DNA of 64,000 nucleotides from Elusimicrobiota bacterium (GTDB taxonomy: Bacteria > Elusimicrobiota > Elusimicrobia > UBA1565 > UBA9628), in contig PLZD01000067.1 of the NCBI GenBank assembly GCA_003151975.1, positions 1,143 through 65,142 of the forward strand. The letters are read 5' to 3'. The notes beneath the pieces are model-generated. The model saw nothing but the letters and a program-made list of their open reading frames with translations. It was not told where the DNA came from and made no database searches. A program made the translations under genes and the position numbers. Of the stretch, positions 10,238 to 20,023 are shown piece by piece (the first letter of the stretch is position 1; the number at the start of each line of letters is the position of its first letter).

Positions 10238-10999
10238 ATGTTCTCCACCAAGACCATCGAACTCAAGAGCGCCAAGGAGATCGGCCTCATGCGCGAGGGT
10301 GGAGCGATCGTCGCGGCGACCCTTCGGGTCCTGTCGGAGGCGGCACGTGCCGGCGTTTCGACCGGCGAGCTCGACCGCATCTCGCGCGAGGAGCTCAAAA
10401 AGCGCGGCGCCAAGCCGGCGTTTCTCGGCTACCACGGTTTTCCCGCCGCCTTGTGCGTCTCGATCAACAACGAGGTGGTGCATGGCATCCCTTCGGAAAA
10501 GCGCAAGATCAAAGACGGCGATCTCGTGAGCCTCGATTTCGGCTGCGTCGTCGGCGCGCTTTACGCCGACGCGGCGGTCACCGTCGGCGTCGGCAAGATT
10601 TCGCCCGCGGCCCAAAAGCTCATGGATGTCACCCGCGAGTCGCTAGCCCGCGGCATCGAGCAGATCAAGGACGGCGGGCGCCTCGGCGATATCGGCCACG
10701 CGGTGCAGACTTACGTCGAGAAGAACGGTTTTTCCGTGGTGCGCGATTTCGTGGGGCACGGCATCGGCCGCGCCCTCCACGAGGATCCGCCGGTCGCCAA
10801 CTTCGGCAAGGCCGGCACGGGCATGCGGCTCTCGCCGGGCATCGTACTCGCCATCGAGCCCATGGTCAACGCCGGCGGCTGCGATGTCGAGACGCTCGAG
10901 GACGGCTGGACCGCGGTGACCAAGGACGGCAGCCTCTCCGCGCATTTCGAGCACACGATCGCGCTGACCGAAAAAGGCGCCGAGATTCTGACGATTTAA
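10238..10999 (+). CDS. map: type I methionine aminopeptidase
   Basis: 253 aa with DGDLVSLDFG, GHGIGRALHEDP, AIEPMV and FEHT. Confidence 0.95.
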   Translation: MFSTKTIELKSAKEIGLMREGGAIVAATLRVLSEAARAGVSTGELDRISREELKKRGAKPAFLGYHGFPAALCVSINNEVVHGIPSEKRKIKDGDLVSLDFGCVVGALYADAAVTVGVGKISPAAQKLMDVTRESLARGIEQIKDGGRLGDIGHAVQTYVEKNGFSVVRDFVGHGIGRALHEDPPVANFGKAGTGMRLSPGIVLAIEPMVNAGGCDVETLEDGWTAVTKDGSLSAHFEHTIALTEKGAEILTI

Positions 11000-11215
11000 A
11001 TGGCCAAAGAAGATAAGATCGAAGTAGAAGGAAGCATCGTCGAGGCGCTGCCCAACGCGATGTTTCGTGTGGAGATCTCGCCCGGCAAGACCGTGCTCGC
11101 GCACATCTCGGGCAAGATGCGGATGCATTACATCAAGATCCTGCCGGGGGACAAGGTGAAGCTCGAACTTTCGCCTTACGACCTCACGCGCGGACGGATC
11201 GTATTCAGGGAGTAG
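11000..11215 (+). CDS. infA: translation initiation factor IF-1
   Basis: 71 aa with [20 protein letters not shown] and [16 protein letters not shown]. Confidence 0.96.
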   Translation: MAKEDKIEVEGSIVEALPNAMFRVEISPGKTVLAHISGKMRMHYIKILPGDKVKLELSPYDLTRGRIVFRE

Positions 11216-11217
11216 CG

Positions 11218-11331
11218 ATGAAAGTCAGAGCCAGCGTCAAGCCGATTTGCCAGAAGTGCAAGGTCATCAAACGCAGCGGGGTCGTGCGCGTTCTTTGCTC
11301 GAACCCCAAGCATAAGCAGAGACAAGGTTAA
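11218..11331 (+). CDS. rpmJ: 50S ribosomal protein bL36 (Zn form)
   Basis: This gene is missing from the ORF track because it is shorter than 60 aa. I translated it by hand from ATG 11218 to TAA 11329-11331, giving [37 protein letters not shown]. Confidence 0.93.
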   Translation: MKVRASVKPICQKCKVIKRSGVVRVLCSNPKHKQRQG

Positions 11332-11341
11332 GGAGAGTCAC

Positions 11342-11740
11342 ATGGCACGCGTAGCGGGTATTGATTTGCCGAAGAACAAGAGGATCGACGTCGCGTTGCA
11401 GTATCTCTATGGAATCGGAAAGGCCGTCTCCACCGAGCTCCTTGAGAAGCTCAACGGCTCCATCAAGCCGGACACTCGGGTCAAAGACCTCACCGAGAGC
11501 CAGGTCAGCCTCATCAACAATCTGATCACCAAGGAGTACAGGGTGGAAGGCGAGCTGCGCCGCGAGATCGCCGGGAACATACAGCGTCTCGCGGAGATCG
11601 GCGCGTACCGCGGCGCCCGCCACCGCCGCAACCTGCCCGTCCGCGGGCAGCGCACCAAGACCAACGCGCGCACGCGCCGCGGCCGCCGCAAAACGGTCGG
11701 CGCGGGCAAGGCCGAGAAGTCGCCCACGGGCAAGGCGTAA
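11342..11740 (+). CDS. rpsM: 30S ribosomal protein uS13
   Basis: 132 aa beginning [26 protein letters not shown], with an AAGGAG ribosome-binding site upstream. Confidence 0.96.
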   Translation: MARVAGIDLPKNKRIDVALQYLYGIGKAVSTELLEKLNGSIKPDTRVKDLTESQVSLINNLITKEYRVEGELRREIAGNIQRLAEIGAYRGARHRRNLPVRGQRTKTNARTRRGRRKTVGAGKAEKSPTGKA

Positions 11741-11761
11741 TCAAAGAGGTAATGAGGTAAC

Positions 11762-12181
11762 ATGGCAGACGAAAAAGCAGCGGCTCCGGCCGCCAAGCCG
11801 CAGAGCGCTGCGGCAAAGAAAAGGAACTGGAAATCCCTGACCTTCGCGAAGGTCTACATCCAGTGCTCGTTCAACAACACGATCGTGTCCTTGGCCGACG
11901 ACAAAGGCGACGTGCTCGCCTGGGCGTCCGCCGGAGGCTCGGGCTTTCGCGGCACGAAGAAGGGCACGCCGTTTGCCGCCGGCGTCACGGCCGGCAAGGT
12001 CGCCAAGCGCGCCATCGAGCTCGGCGTCAAGCAAATCGCCGTTTTCATCAAGGGCCCCGGCCCGGGCCGCGAGACGGCCGTGCGGTCGCTGGGAAATTCC
12101 GGCCTCATCGTCGTCGCCTTGAAGGACGTCACGCCGCTTCCGCACAACGGCTGCCGCCCGCCCAAGGCCAGGAGAGTATAA
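11762..12181 (+). CDS. rpsK: 30S ribosomal protein uS11
   Basis: 139 aa with KVYIQCSFNNTIVSLADDKGDVLAWASAG. Confidence 0.96.
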   Translation: MADEKAAAPAAKPQSAAAKKRNWKSLTFAKVYIQCSFNNTIVSLADDKGDVLAWASAGGSGFRGTKKGTPFAAGVTAGKVAKRAIELGVKQIAVFIKGPGPGRETAVRSLGNSGLIVVALKDVTPLPHNGCRPPKARRV

Positions 12182-12184
12182 GTC

Positions 12185-12811
12185 ATGTCCCGCTACATCG
12201 AATCCGTCTGCAAACTCTGCCGCCGCGAGCAGACCAAGCTTTTCCTTAAGGGCGACAAGTGCTACACGAAGTGCGTCCTCGAGAAGCGCCCGACCACGCC
12301 CGGAATGGCCAAGCCCCAGCGGGGCAAGCCCTCGGCCTACGCCATCCGCCTGCGCGAGAAGCAGAAGCTGCGCCGCTTCATCTCCATGAACGAGCGCCCC
12401 TTCGAACGCTTGGTGGCCAATGCCTCGCGCGCCAAGGAGGCCTCGGGCGACCATCTTCTGCGCTCGCTCGAGCTTCGGCTCGACAACATCGTGCGCCGCG
12501 CGGGTGTGGCGACGAGCTTGAAGACAGCGCGCCAGCTCGTTCTGCACAACCACATCAAGGTCGGCGGGAAAACCGTCAACATCCCGTCGTTCGCGGTGAA
12601 GCCCGGCGACGTCGTCACGTTGTCGCCCAAGCTCAAGGAGAACGTCGGCGTGAAGCTCTCCTTGGAGACCTCCAAGCGGCTCAATAACCGGCCGAGCTTC
12701 CTCGAGTTCAACGAGGCGGACTTCTCGGCGAAAGTCACGCGCCTTCCGGAAAGGGCCGAAGTGTCCTTCCCCGTGAACGACCAGCTGATCATCGAGTACT
12801 ACTCGAAGTAA
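12185..12811 (+). CDS. rpsD: 30S ribosomal protein uS4
   Basis: 208 aa with an N-terminal Cys cluster (CKLCRREQTKLFLKGDKCYTKC) and an S4 RNA-binding region (LDNIVRRAGVATSLKTARQLVLHNHIKV). Confidence 0.95.
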   Translation: MSRYIESVCKLCRREQTKLFLKGDKCYTKCVLEKRPTTPGMAKPQRGKPSAYAIRLREKQKLRRFISMNERPFERLVANASRAKEASGDHLLRSLELRLDNIVRRAGVATSLKTARQLVLHNHIKVGGKTVNIPSFAVKPGDVVTLSPKLKENVGVKLSLETSKRLNNRPSFLEFNEADFSAKVTRLPERAEVSFPVNDQLIIEYYSK

Positions 12812-12842
12812 GTAACGACCCGGACATTAGAGAGGAAAACAC

Positions 12843-13850
12843 ATGGCTTACAAAGAACTGATCCTGCCGCAGAAGCTGAGCGTCGACGAGAAGACGATGT
12901 CGGACACCTACGCCAAGTTCGTCGCCGAGCCGTACGAGCGCGGCTACGGACACACCGTCGGCAACGCCCTGCGCCGCGTGCTCCTGTCCTCGCTCGAGGG
13001 CGCCGCCGTCACGGCCGTGCGCATCGACAAGGCCTCGCACGAGTACATGACGATCACGGGGGTCAAGGAGGACGTCATGAACATCCTCCTGAACCTCAAG
13101 AAGCTGCGCGTCAAGCTCTTCTCCAACGGCCCCGAGACCGTCTACCTCCAGGCCAGCAAGGAAGGCGAGGTTAAGGCTTCCCAGATCCAGGGCAACTCCA
13201 ACGTCGAGGTCGTCAACGGCGACATGGTGATCGCCAATCTCGAGTCGGGCGGCAAGCTCGACATGGAGATCGAAATCTCCAAGGGCCGCGGCTACGTCCC
13301 GGCCGAGGAACTGCGCGCGCAGGCTCATTGGCCCGCGGGTTTCTTGCCCGTCGACGCCCTGTTCTCGCCCGTCGTCAAGGTTCACTACGACGTCGAGAAC
13401 GCGCGCGTCGGTCAGGTGACCGACTACGACCGTCTGATCCTCGAGATCTGGACCGACGGCTCGCTCAACCCGGCCGAGGCGCTCATCCAGTCCTCGAAGC
13501 TGCTGCGCGAGTCCCTGAACATCTTCATCCCCGAGGAAGAGCAGGCCGCGGCGGCGGAAGCGGGCTTTGCCGAGGGCGAGGCCGGAGCCGGAATCGCGTC
13601 GGGTCCCGTCGACGCCAAGCTCAAGGAGATCCTCAATCAGCCCATCGAGATGATCGAGCTGTCCTCCCGCGCTTCCAACTGCCTCAAGGTCGCCCGCATC
13701 AAGACGATCGGCGAGCTCGTGAGCAAGCGCGACGAGGAGCTTTTGGCCGTCAAGAACTTCGGCAAGAAGTCTCTCGACGAGATCAAGGATCGATTGAAGG
13801 ACATGGGATTGAGCCTTGGCATGCAGATCGGCCAGGCGGCCGGCGCTTAA
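12843..13850 (+). CDS. rpoA: DNA-directed RNA polymerase alpha subunit
   Basis: 335 aa with an N-terminal domain (GHTVGNALRRVLLSSLEGAAV) and a C-terminal domain (IEMIELSSRASNCLKVARIKTIGELV). Confidence 0.96.
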   Translation: MAYKELILPQKLSVDEKTMSDTYAKFVAEPYERGYGHTVGNALRRVLLSSLEGAAVTAVRIDKASHEYMTITGVKEDVMNILLNLKKLRVKLFSNGPETVYLQASKEGEVKASQIQGNSNVEVVNGDMVIANLESGGKLDMEIEISKGRGYVPAEELRAQAHWPAGFLPVDALFSPVVKVHYDVENARVGQVTDYDRLILEIWTDGSLNPAEALIQSSKLLRESLNIFIPEEEQAAAAEAGFAEGEAGAGIASGPVDAKLKEILNQPIEMIELSSRASNCLKVARIKTIGELVSKRDEELLAVKNFGKKSLDEIKDRLKDMGLSLGMQIGQAAGA

Positions 13851-13889
13851 CCCGCAAAAAGTTTGTAAGGAACACAACGGAGCAGAGAT

Positions 13890-14234
13890 ATGGTAAAACA
13901 GATGGGCGGACGCAAGCTGGGAGTGACCAGCTCCCACCGCAGGTCGCTTCTGCGGAACATGGCGACGAGCCTCTTCCTTCACGAGAAGATCGAGACGACG
14001 ATCGCCAAGGCCAAGGAGCTGCGCCCTTACGCCGAGAGACTGATCACCGAGGCGAAAAAGGGAAAGCACTTCATGGTCCGTCGCCAGATTCAAGACAAGA
14101 CCGTGTACAAGAAACTCTTCGAGATCCTCGCTCCTCGCTACGCGCAGCGTCCCGGCGGCTACACGCGCATACTGCGCTTGGCGCCTCGTCAGGGCGATAA
14201 CGCGACGAGAGGCTTGATCTCGCTGGTCTCATAA
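13890..14234 (+). CDS. rplQ: 50S ribosomal protein bL17
   Basis: 114 aa with [22 protein letters not shown]. Confidence 0.94.
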   Translation: MVKQMGGRKLGVTSSHRRSLLRNMATSLFLHEKIETTIAKAKELRPYAERLITEAKKGKHFMVRRQIQDKTVYKKLFEILAPRYAQRPGGYTRILRLAPRQGDNATRGLISLVS

Positions 14235-14238
14235 AATA

Positions 14239-15291
14239 ATGTTCGACTTCCTCTTCAGCCTCTTCTCGAACGACATGGGCATCGATCTCGGCACGGCCAA
14301 TACCCTCGTCTACGTGAAGAACCAAGGGATCGTCCTGCGCGAACCCTCGGTGGTGGCCATCGACCGCGAGACCCGTCGGGTGCTCGCGATCGGAGCCGAA
14401 GCCAAGAGGATGCTGGGACGCACGCCTTCTTCGATCGTCGCCGTGCGGCCTCTGAAGAACGGGGTCATCGCCGACTTCGAAGTGACGCAGGAAATGATCA
14501 AGTACTTCATCCGCAAGGTCCACAACCGCCGCTCGCTGCTGCATCCGAGGATCGTCATCGGCATCCCCTCGGGGATCACCGAAGTCGAGCGGCGCGCGGT
14601 CCAAGAGTCGGCTGAGCAAGCCGGCGCGCGCGAGGTCTACCTCATCGAAGAGCCAATGGCAGCCGCCATCGGCGCGGATCTTCCGATCTCCGAGCCTCAC
14701 GGCAATTTCATCGTGGACATCGGAGGCGGCACGACGGAAGCCGCCGTCATCTCTTTGGGAGGCCTCGTGGTCTCCAAATCCATCGACATCGCAGGCGACG
14801 AGATGGACGAAGCCGTCATGATGCACTTTCGCAGAAAGTACAACCTTCTCATCGGCGAGACGACTTCTGAAGACGTCAAGATTCAGATCGGCTCGGTCTT
14901 CCCGCTCAAGGAAGAGAAGACGATGGAGGTCAAGGGCCGGGATCAGGCCACCGGCTTGCCGAAGACCGTGCTGATCACTTCCGAGGAGGTGCGCCAGGCT
15001 CTCATGGAGCCCGTGCAGCTCATTCTGGATGTGATCAAGAACACGCTGGAGGAGACTCCGGCGGAATTGGCTGCAGATTTGGTGGACCGCGGCATCATGC
15101 TCGCGGGAGGCGGTTCGCTGCTGAGGGGTCTACCCGACCTCATCCGGCAAGAGACCGAGCTCCCGGTGCATCGCGCCGCGGACCCCTTGAGCTGTGTCGC
15201 GATGGGGACGGGGAAGTTTCTCGAGGAGCTCGATCACATCATGGATCGGCGCCCGGACTTCGTCACATCGTACAGGTATCGCGGTTCTTAA
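14239..15291 (+). CDS. mreB: rod shape-determining protein MreB
   Basis: 350 aa with actin-fold motifs [13 protein letters not shown] and [17 protein letters not shown]. Confidence 0.96.
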   Translation: MFDFLFSLFSNDMGIDLGTANTLVYVKNQGIVLREPSVVAIDRETRRVLAIGAEAKRMLGRTPSSIVAVRPLKNGVIADFEVTQEMIKYFIRKVHNRRSLLHPRIVIGIPSGITEVERRAVQESAEQAGAREVYLIEEPMAAAIGADLPISEPHGNFIVDIGGGTTEAAVISLGGLVVSKSIDIAGDEMDEAVMMHFRRKYNLLIGETTSEDVKIQIGSVFPLKEEKTMEVKGRDQATGLPKTVLITSEEVRQALMEPVQLILDVIKNTLEETPAELAADLVDRGIMLAGGGSLLRGLPDLIRQETELPVHRAADPLSCVAMGTGKFLEELDHIMDRRPDFVTSYRYRGS

Positions 15292-15306
15292 AGAGCCGCC
15301 TTTTTT
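15281..15306 (+). terminator. candidate intrinsic terminator/attenuator overlapping the mreB stop codon
   Basis: A 7-bp stem forms between GCGGTTC (15281-15287) and GAGCCGC (15293-15299) with one G-U pair. The 5-nt loop TTAAA contains the mreB TAA. The stem is followed by C and TTTTTT (15301-15306). Confidence 0.5.
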
Positions 15307-15368
15307 CGACACCGCTGACTAGCTGCCGCCACCCCGCCGGCATTGGGCTTTAAAGCCCGGAACTGATC

Positions 15369-16286
15369 GTGCACCGCGAAGCGCGCATAGCGAACTACGC
15401 ACTGGCAGTCCTTTCGGTCATCGCATTGACCATGCTGTCTTTGCCACTCTCATCTCCCGTGCAGGCCTTCAAGGCCTGCGCGGCCTACGTGCTCAATCCC
15501 GCCGCCTACGTCGGCGCCAAAGCGACCGAGCGTTTGGCGAACGTCCCCGCCAACATCAAGGACCTCATTGCCGCCAACTCCGAAAACCGCCTGATGCGCG
15601 ACAAGATGAAGCAGGTCGAATGGACCGAGACCGAGTCCCAGGCCCTGCGCGCCGAAAACCAGCGCCTGCGCGGAGCACTCGGCCTCAAAGGCTTGCCGGA
15701 ACGCTCGCCCGTTTGGGCTCGCGTGATCGTGCGCGAACCGGAGCATTGGTATCGCAGCGTCACGGTCGACGCGGGCGGCAATCAGGGCCTGGCGGTCAAC
15801 TCCCCGGTGCTGGGCTCGCAGGGGGGCCGGTTGATCGTCATCGGGCGCGTCGTCTCGGTGCGCCCCGACACCTCGATCGTTCTTTTGCTGACCGATGAGC
15901 AGTCCTCGGTGGCGGCCTACGCGACGAGCCCGAGCACCGAGACCGTGCGCAGCTTCGACGGCCTGCTGCAAGGACAGGGCGGGCCCCGTCTGCGTTTGGA
16001 CTACCTCGTGCCCGACGCGACAGTGGAGAAAGGCGACCTCGTCTATACTTCTCCGACGTCGGCCACTTTCCCTCCCGATGTTCTTATCGGAACCGTGGTG
16101 CAGATTTTCCCGCCCAACCAGGAACTTGAGTGGAGGTCGATGGCCGTGGAACCCGCCGTCGACGCCTCGCGCCTGACCGAAGTGCTCATCCTCAAGACCC
16201 AGAGCGCCGCCGCTGAAGCGCCGAAACTGTCTTCGGCCGACGCGAACGATACTTCGGCCGATACGACGCAGGAGACCTCGGAATGA
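15369..16286 (+). CDS. mreC: rod shape-determining protein MreC
   Basis: 305 aa with a GTG start. It has an N-terminal TM, a coiled-coil segment (ENQRLRGALGLK) and a beta-rich C-terminal region, and it lies between mreB and mreD. Confidence 0.85.
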   Translation: MHREARIANYALAVLSVIALTMLSLPLSSPVQAFKACAAYVLNPAAYVGAKATERLANVPANIKDLIAANSENRLMRDKMKQVEWTETESQALRAENQRLRGALGLKGLPERSPVWARVIVREPEHWYRSVTVDAGGNQGLAVNSPVLGSQGGRLIVIGRVVSVRPDTSIVLLLTDEQSSVAAYATSPSTETVRSFDGLLQGQGGPRLRLDYLVPDATVEKGDLVYTSPTSATFPPDVLIGTVVQIFPPNQELEWRSMAVEPAVDASRLTEVLILKTQSAAAEAPKLSSADANDTSADTTQETSE

Positions 16287-16759
16287 ACCCGGTGAGGCTC
16301 CTCGTCATTTTCTTCGCGGCGATGGTCGCTCAATGGTGGTGGATGACGCATTTCTCTATTTTCGGCCTGGCGCCCCAGCTTCTCTTGGTGCTGACGGTCG
16401 CCTTGGCGGCGCGCTACGGCGCCTTGTGGGGGATGAGCGCCGGTTTCCTGTGGGGCCTGTTCCTCGACCTCATGAGCCCCCGCCTTTTCGGGGCCAACGC
16501 CTTGGCCTTCACTTGGATCGCTTGGGGCACCGGCTCGGTGCGCCGCCAGATCGACGTCGCCGGCCTGGGGCCGCAGGCCGTGGTCGTCGTCGCGATGACC
16601 TGGGCCTACTTCCTTCTGCTCGGCGTGCTGGGTCTGATCTTTTCGAAGAGCTTTTTTTGGGTGGGCTTGCCGGCGTTCTGCCTCGATCCGTTCTACAATG
16701 CCGTGGTGACGACGGTCTTATTCGCGCTCTGGACGCCGCGCTGGGAGCATCGAAGGTGA
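16283..16759 (+). CDS. mreD: rod shape-determining protein MreD
   Basis: 158 aa with about 5 hydrophobic segments. It has an ATGA overlap with mreC and the expected synteny. Confidence 0.8.
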   Translation: MNPVRLLVIFFAAMVAQWWWMTHFSIFGLAPQLLLVLTVALAARYGALWGMSAGFLWGLFLDLMSPRLFGANALAFTWIAWGTGSVRRQIDVAGLGPQAVVVVAMTWAYFLLLGVLGLIFSKSFFWVGLPAFCLDPFYNAVVTTVLFALWTPRWEHRR

Positions 16760-16802
16760 CCGAAGGAAATGGTTTGACTCCGAAGGATATGGGTAGAAAA
16801 CC

Positions 16803-18668
16803 ATGATCCAAGGCCACCAGCCGCTGCACGACCGGCTCTCCATCATGTGGAACTTGGTGCTTTGGTCGGGCGTGGCTTTGCTGATCCGCCTTTTTCAACT
16901 CCAGCTCTATCAGAACGTCGAGTACAACGAGCTCGCCCTGCACAACAGCACGCAGATGATCTATCAAACTGCCCCGCGGGGCCGCATATACGACCGCAAC
17001 GGCCTGGCCCTGGCCACGAGTCAACCCGCCTTCTCTTTGATTTACCTGCCGCCGAAGGTCAAGGAGAAGGCCGACCTCAAGCCTTTGGCCGCCGCGCTCT
17101 CCAAGCAGCTCGGGCAGGACCCCGAGGCCCTGCTCGAGACCCTGCAAGAGGCCGTGCGCGAGCAGACGGCCCTGCGGCTTGCGGAAAACCTCCCGCGCCA
17201 GACCTATTTCCGCCTCAAGGAGATCGAGACGATCTACCCGGGCATCGATCTCATCGAGGAAGCGCGCCGGTATTATCCGCTGGGGCGCTTCGCCTCTCAT
17301 CTGATCGGCTATATGGGGAAGATCGATATTCAAAGCTATAAGCAGCTGAAGAACCAAGGCTACCGCGTCGATGCCCGGATCGGCAAGCTCGGCATCGAGA
17401 AGATTTTCGAGAAGGTTCTCCGTGGTCGCGACGGCGGCATCCGCATGGTCGTCGACGCTCAGGGGCGCCTCAAGCGGCGCTTAGGATCCTTCAAGTGGGA
17501 GACCGGCAGCAACATCCACCTGACGATCGATGCCGCCATGCAGTCCGCCGCCGACGAGGGCCTGCGCAAGTCGCTGACCGGGCGCGGGGCCGTCGTGGCT
17601 ATCGATCCGCGCAATGGCGCCATACTCGCGCTCTCCTCGACGCCGGATTTTGAGCCCAATCAGCTGCTTTCCTCCGATCCGGAAGTCGTCAAGTCCGCCA
17701 AGGCCGGCCTCGACTGGAACAACCGCGCCATCTCCGGCGTTTACCCGCCGGGCTCGGCCTTCAAGCTGATCGTCTCGGCGGCGGGCCTCAACGAGGGTCG
17801 CCTGAACACGCAGGACACGATCTTCTGCCCGGGCTATTTCGAATTGGGAAAAAATATTTTCCTGTGTTGGAACCACAAGGGCCACAAGCGCGTCGATTGG
17901 TGGCAGGGGCTCGCGCAGTCCTGCGACGTCTTCTTCTACCATCTTGGTCTCAAGGTCGGCGGGGATTTGATCGAGCGATACGAGACCGCCTTCGGCTTGG
18001 GACGCAAGACGAGCATACCGGGATTTGAACACTGGGAGAAGTCGGGGCATCTTTTCGGTCCGCAGACGCGCAAGACGGCCGGCCGCGGCTGGTGGGAGGG
18101 CGACAGCGTCAACCTCGCCATCGGCCAGGGCGAGCTGCTCGTGACTCCGATCCAGTTGGCCGTCATGATGTCGGCGATCGCCAACAAGGGCACGCTCTAT
18201 CGTCCCAATTACATCGATCGCATCGAATACGCCGACGGGCGCCCCGCGTACGAGCAAAAGCCGGAAAAGCTGGGCACTGTCGCTTTGAAGGATTCGACTT
18301 GGGCGACGCTGCAAGCGGGCATGGCGCTGGTCGTCTCGTCGGGGACAGGCATCTCGGCGAGGATCTCCGGCCTCGACGTGCGCGGCAAGACCGGCACGGC
18401 GCAGAATTCCGGCGGCGATGACCATGCGTGGTTCGTCGCCTACGGCGCGCGCCCGGGTGAGCCGTCGGCGGTCGCCGTCGCCGTGCTCGTCGAAAACGGC
18501 GGCCACGGGGCCTCGGTGGCCGCGCCCATCGCGCGCAACATCATCCTCGCGGCCTACCACCTCGAGGATAAAGGCGGAAGGATTATCCCCTCGACCGGAA
18601 CTCTATCCATACCCATTCCCGCCACGCCGATGCGCGCGGGCCCCGGGCCGGCGGTGAGGACCCTCTAA
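16803..18668 (+). CDS. mrdA: penicillin-binding protein 2 (elongasome transpeptidase)
   Basis: 621 aa with an N-terminal TM, the SxxK motif (PPGSAFK) and KTGTA. It lies upstream of rodA. Confidence 0.93.
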   Translation: MIQGHQPLHDRLSIMWNLVLWSGVALLIRLFQLQLYQNVEYNELALHNSTQMIYQTAPRGRIYDRNGLALATSQPAFSLIYLPPKVKEKADLKPLAAALSKQLGQDPEALLETLQEAVREQTALRLAENLPRQTYFRLKEIETIYPGIDLIEEARRYYPLGRFASHLIGYMGKIDIQSYKQLKNQGYRVDARIGKLGIEKIFEKVLRGRDGGIRMVVDAQGRLKRRLGSFKWETGSNIHLTIDAAMQSAADEGLRKSLTGRGAVVAIDPRNGAILALSSTPDFEPNQLLSSDPEVVKSAKAGLDWNNRAISGVYPPGSAFKLIVSAAGLNEGRLNTQDTIFCPGYFELGKNIFLCWNHKGHKRVDWWQGLAQSCDVFFYHLGLKVGGDLIERYETAFGLGRKTSIPGFEHWEKSGHLFGPQTRKTAGRGWWEGDSVNLAIGQGELLVTPIQLAVMMSAIANKGTLYRPNYIDRIEYADGRPAYEQKPEKLGTVALKDSTWATLQAGMALVVSSGTGISARISGLDVRGKTGTAQNSGGDDHAWFVAYGARPGEPSAVAVAVLVENGGHGASVAAPIARNIILAAYHLEDKGGRIIPSTGTLSIPIPATPMRAGPGPAVRTL

Positions 18669-20008
18669 TGCCGATCAAGGTCGAGTCGGGAGTCAAAGGC
18701 CGGTTGGATCCGCCCTTTCTATTCGCGGCCGGCGGCCTGCTCGTCATGGGCAGCATCGCCATGCTTTCGGCGGCCAATCCCCTGCCCTACTACGCCCAGA
18801 TCGTGACGCGGCATTCCTTCGCCGTCATTGCGGGCATCGCGGCGCTCGTGCTGGGCTTGAGCTTCAACTACCAAGTCTTCCAGGACCAGGCCAAGGTCGT
18901 CTACGGGCTCATCTTCGCGCTGCTTTCGGCCGTGCTGGTGGCGGGCTCGACGCATAAGGGCCACCGCTCGTGGTTCGACCTGCCCTTCTTCAGCTTTCAG
19001 CCCGCCGAGCTTGCGCGCATCGCGCTCATCCTCGTCACGGCCGCGTTTCTCGACGCGCGCGCGCGCCGCATCCGCGAATTCTCGACGGTCCTGCTGGCCT
19101 TTGGTCTCGCGGCCCCGTGGATGATCCTCATCGTCAAGCAGCCCGATTTCTCCACGATGCTGACCTTCATCCCGATCCTGATCGGCATGCTGTTCTGCGC
19201 GGGCGCCGACATCATCCATTTGCTGGCGCTGATGGGCTATGGGCTTGTGACCGGCATGATGCCGCTCTTATTCACCTACTGTCAGGTCAATTATCCTCAG
19301 CCGACGCCGGGGACTTTGCCTTACCTCATCCTGCAGACCTCCCGCATGGGGACGGCCACGGTCGTCGTCCTTGTCGGCGCGTCCTTGCTCTGCTTGGGTG
19401 CTTGGCGGCTCTCCATCTGGCTGCGCATGCAGGCGCGCTCGGTGTTCTTCATCGCCGTACCAATCATTTTGGCGGCCGGAATGTTGTCTGGCATCGTGAT
19501 CAACAGCCGGCTTAAGAGCTATCAGCGCAACCGCTTCGTGGCTTATGTCGCGCCGCAGGCTGACATCCAGGGCGCGGCCTATCACGTGCATCAAAGCCAG
19601 ATCGCCATTGGCTCGGGCGGACTTCTGGGCAAGGGACTTTTCTCGGGCACGCAGAGCCAGTTGGGCTTTCTGCCCGAGCGTCACACGGACTTCATTTACG
19701 CCGTCGTCGGAGAGGAGATGGGATTTGCGGGGACGACCGTCATCCTCGGGCTGTACCTGCTGCTGATCTGGAGGATCGTGACCATCGCGCGCACCGCGCG
19801 GGACCGCTACGGCTATCTCGTCTGCTGCGGGCTGGCGGTCATGTTCGGCTTCGAATTCGTGCTCAATGTCGGGATGTGCGTCGGCCTGCTGCCCGTGGCC
19901 GGCATTCCGCTGCCGTTGATTTCATACGGAGGATCGAGCCTCGTGATCACCCTGTGGTCGCTTGGCATCGTGGCGAACATCTACTCGCGTCGCTACGCAC
20001 TTTTATAG
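18668..20008 (+). CDS. rodA: SEDS peptidoglycan polymerase RodA
   Basis: 446 aa and polytopic, with PERHTDFIYAVVGEEMGF and GIPLPLISYGGSS. It has a TAATG overlap with mrdA. Confidence 0.93.
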   Translation: MPIKVESGVKGRLDPPFLFAAGGLLVMGSIAMLSAANPLPYYAQIVTRHSFAVIAGIAALVLGLSFNYQVFQDQAKVVYGLIFALLSAVLVAGSTHKGHRSWFDLPFFSFQPAELARIALILVTAAFLDARARRIREFSTVLLAFGLAAPWMILIVKQPDFSTMLTFIPILIGMLFCAGADIIHLLALMGYGLVTGMMPLLFTYCQVNYPQPTPGTLPYLILQTSRMGTATVVVLVGASLLCLGAWRLSIWLRMQARSVFFIAVPIILAAGMLSGIVINSRLKSYQRNRFVAYVAPQADIQGAAYHVHQSQIAIGSGGLLGKGLFSGTQSQLGFLPERHTDFIYAVVGEEMGFAGTTVILGLYLLLIWRIVTIARTARDRYGYLVCCGLAVMFGFEFVLNVGMCVGLLPVAGIPLPLISYGGSSLVITLWSLGIVANIYSRRYALL

Positions 20009-20023
20009 TCACTGGAGAACATC

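Noticed and set aside
12789-14093. 434-aa minus-strand ORF opposite rpoA/rplQ
   Set aside because: The reasoning is the same: it is antisense to strongly recognisable genes, with low-complexity Arg/Leu/Gly-rich translation.
15345-15358. Perfect 14-bp palindrome GGGCTTTAAAGCCC in the mreB-mreC spacer
   Set aside because: No T-tract follows it, so it is not a terminator. It could be a protein-binding site or a small hairpin, but there is only a single copy and I have no supporting evidence, so I do not call it.
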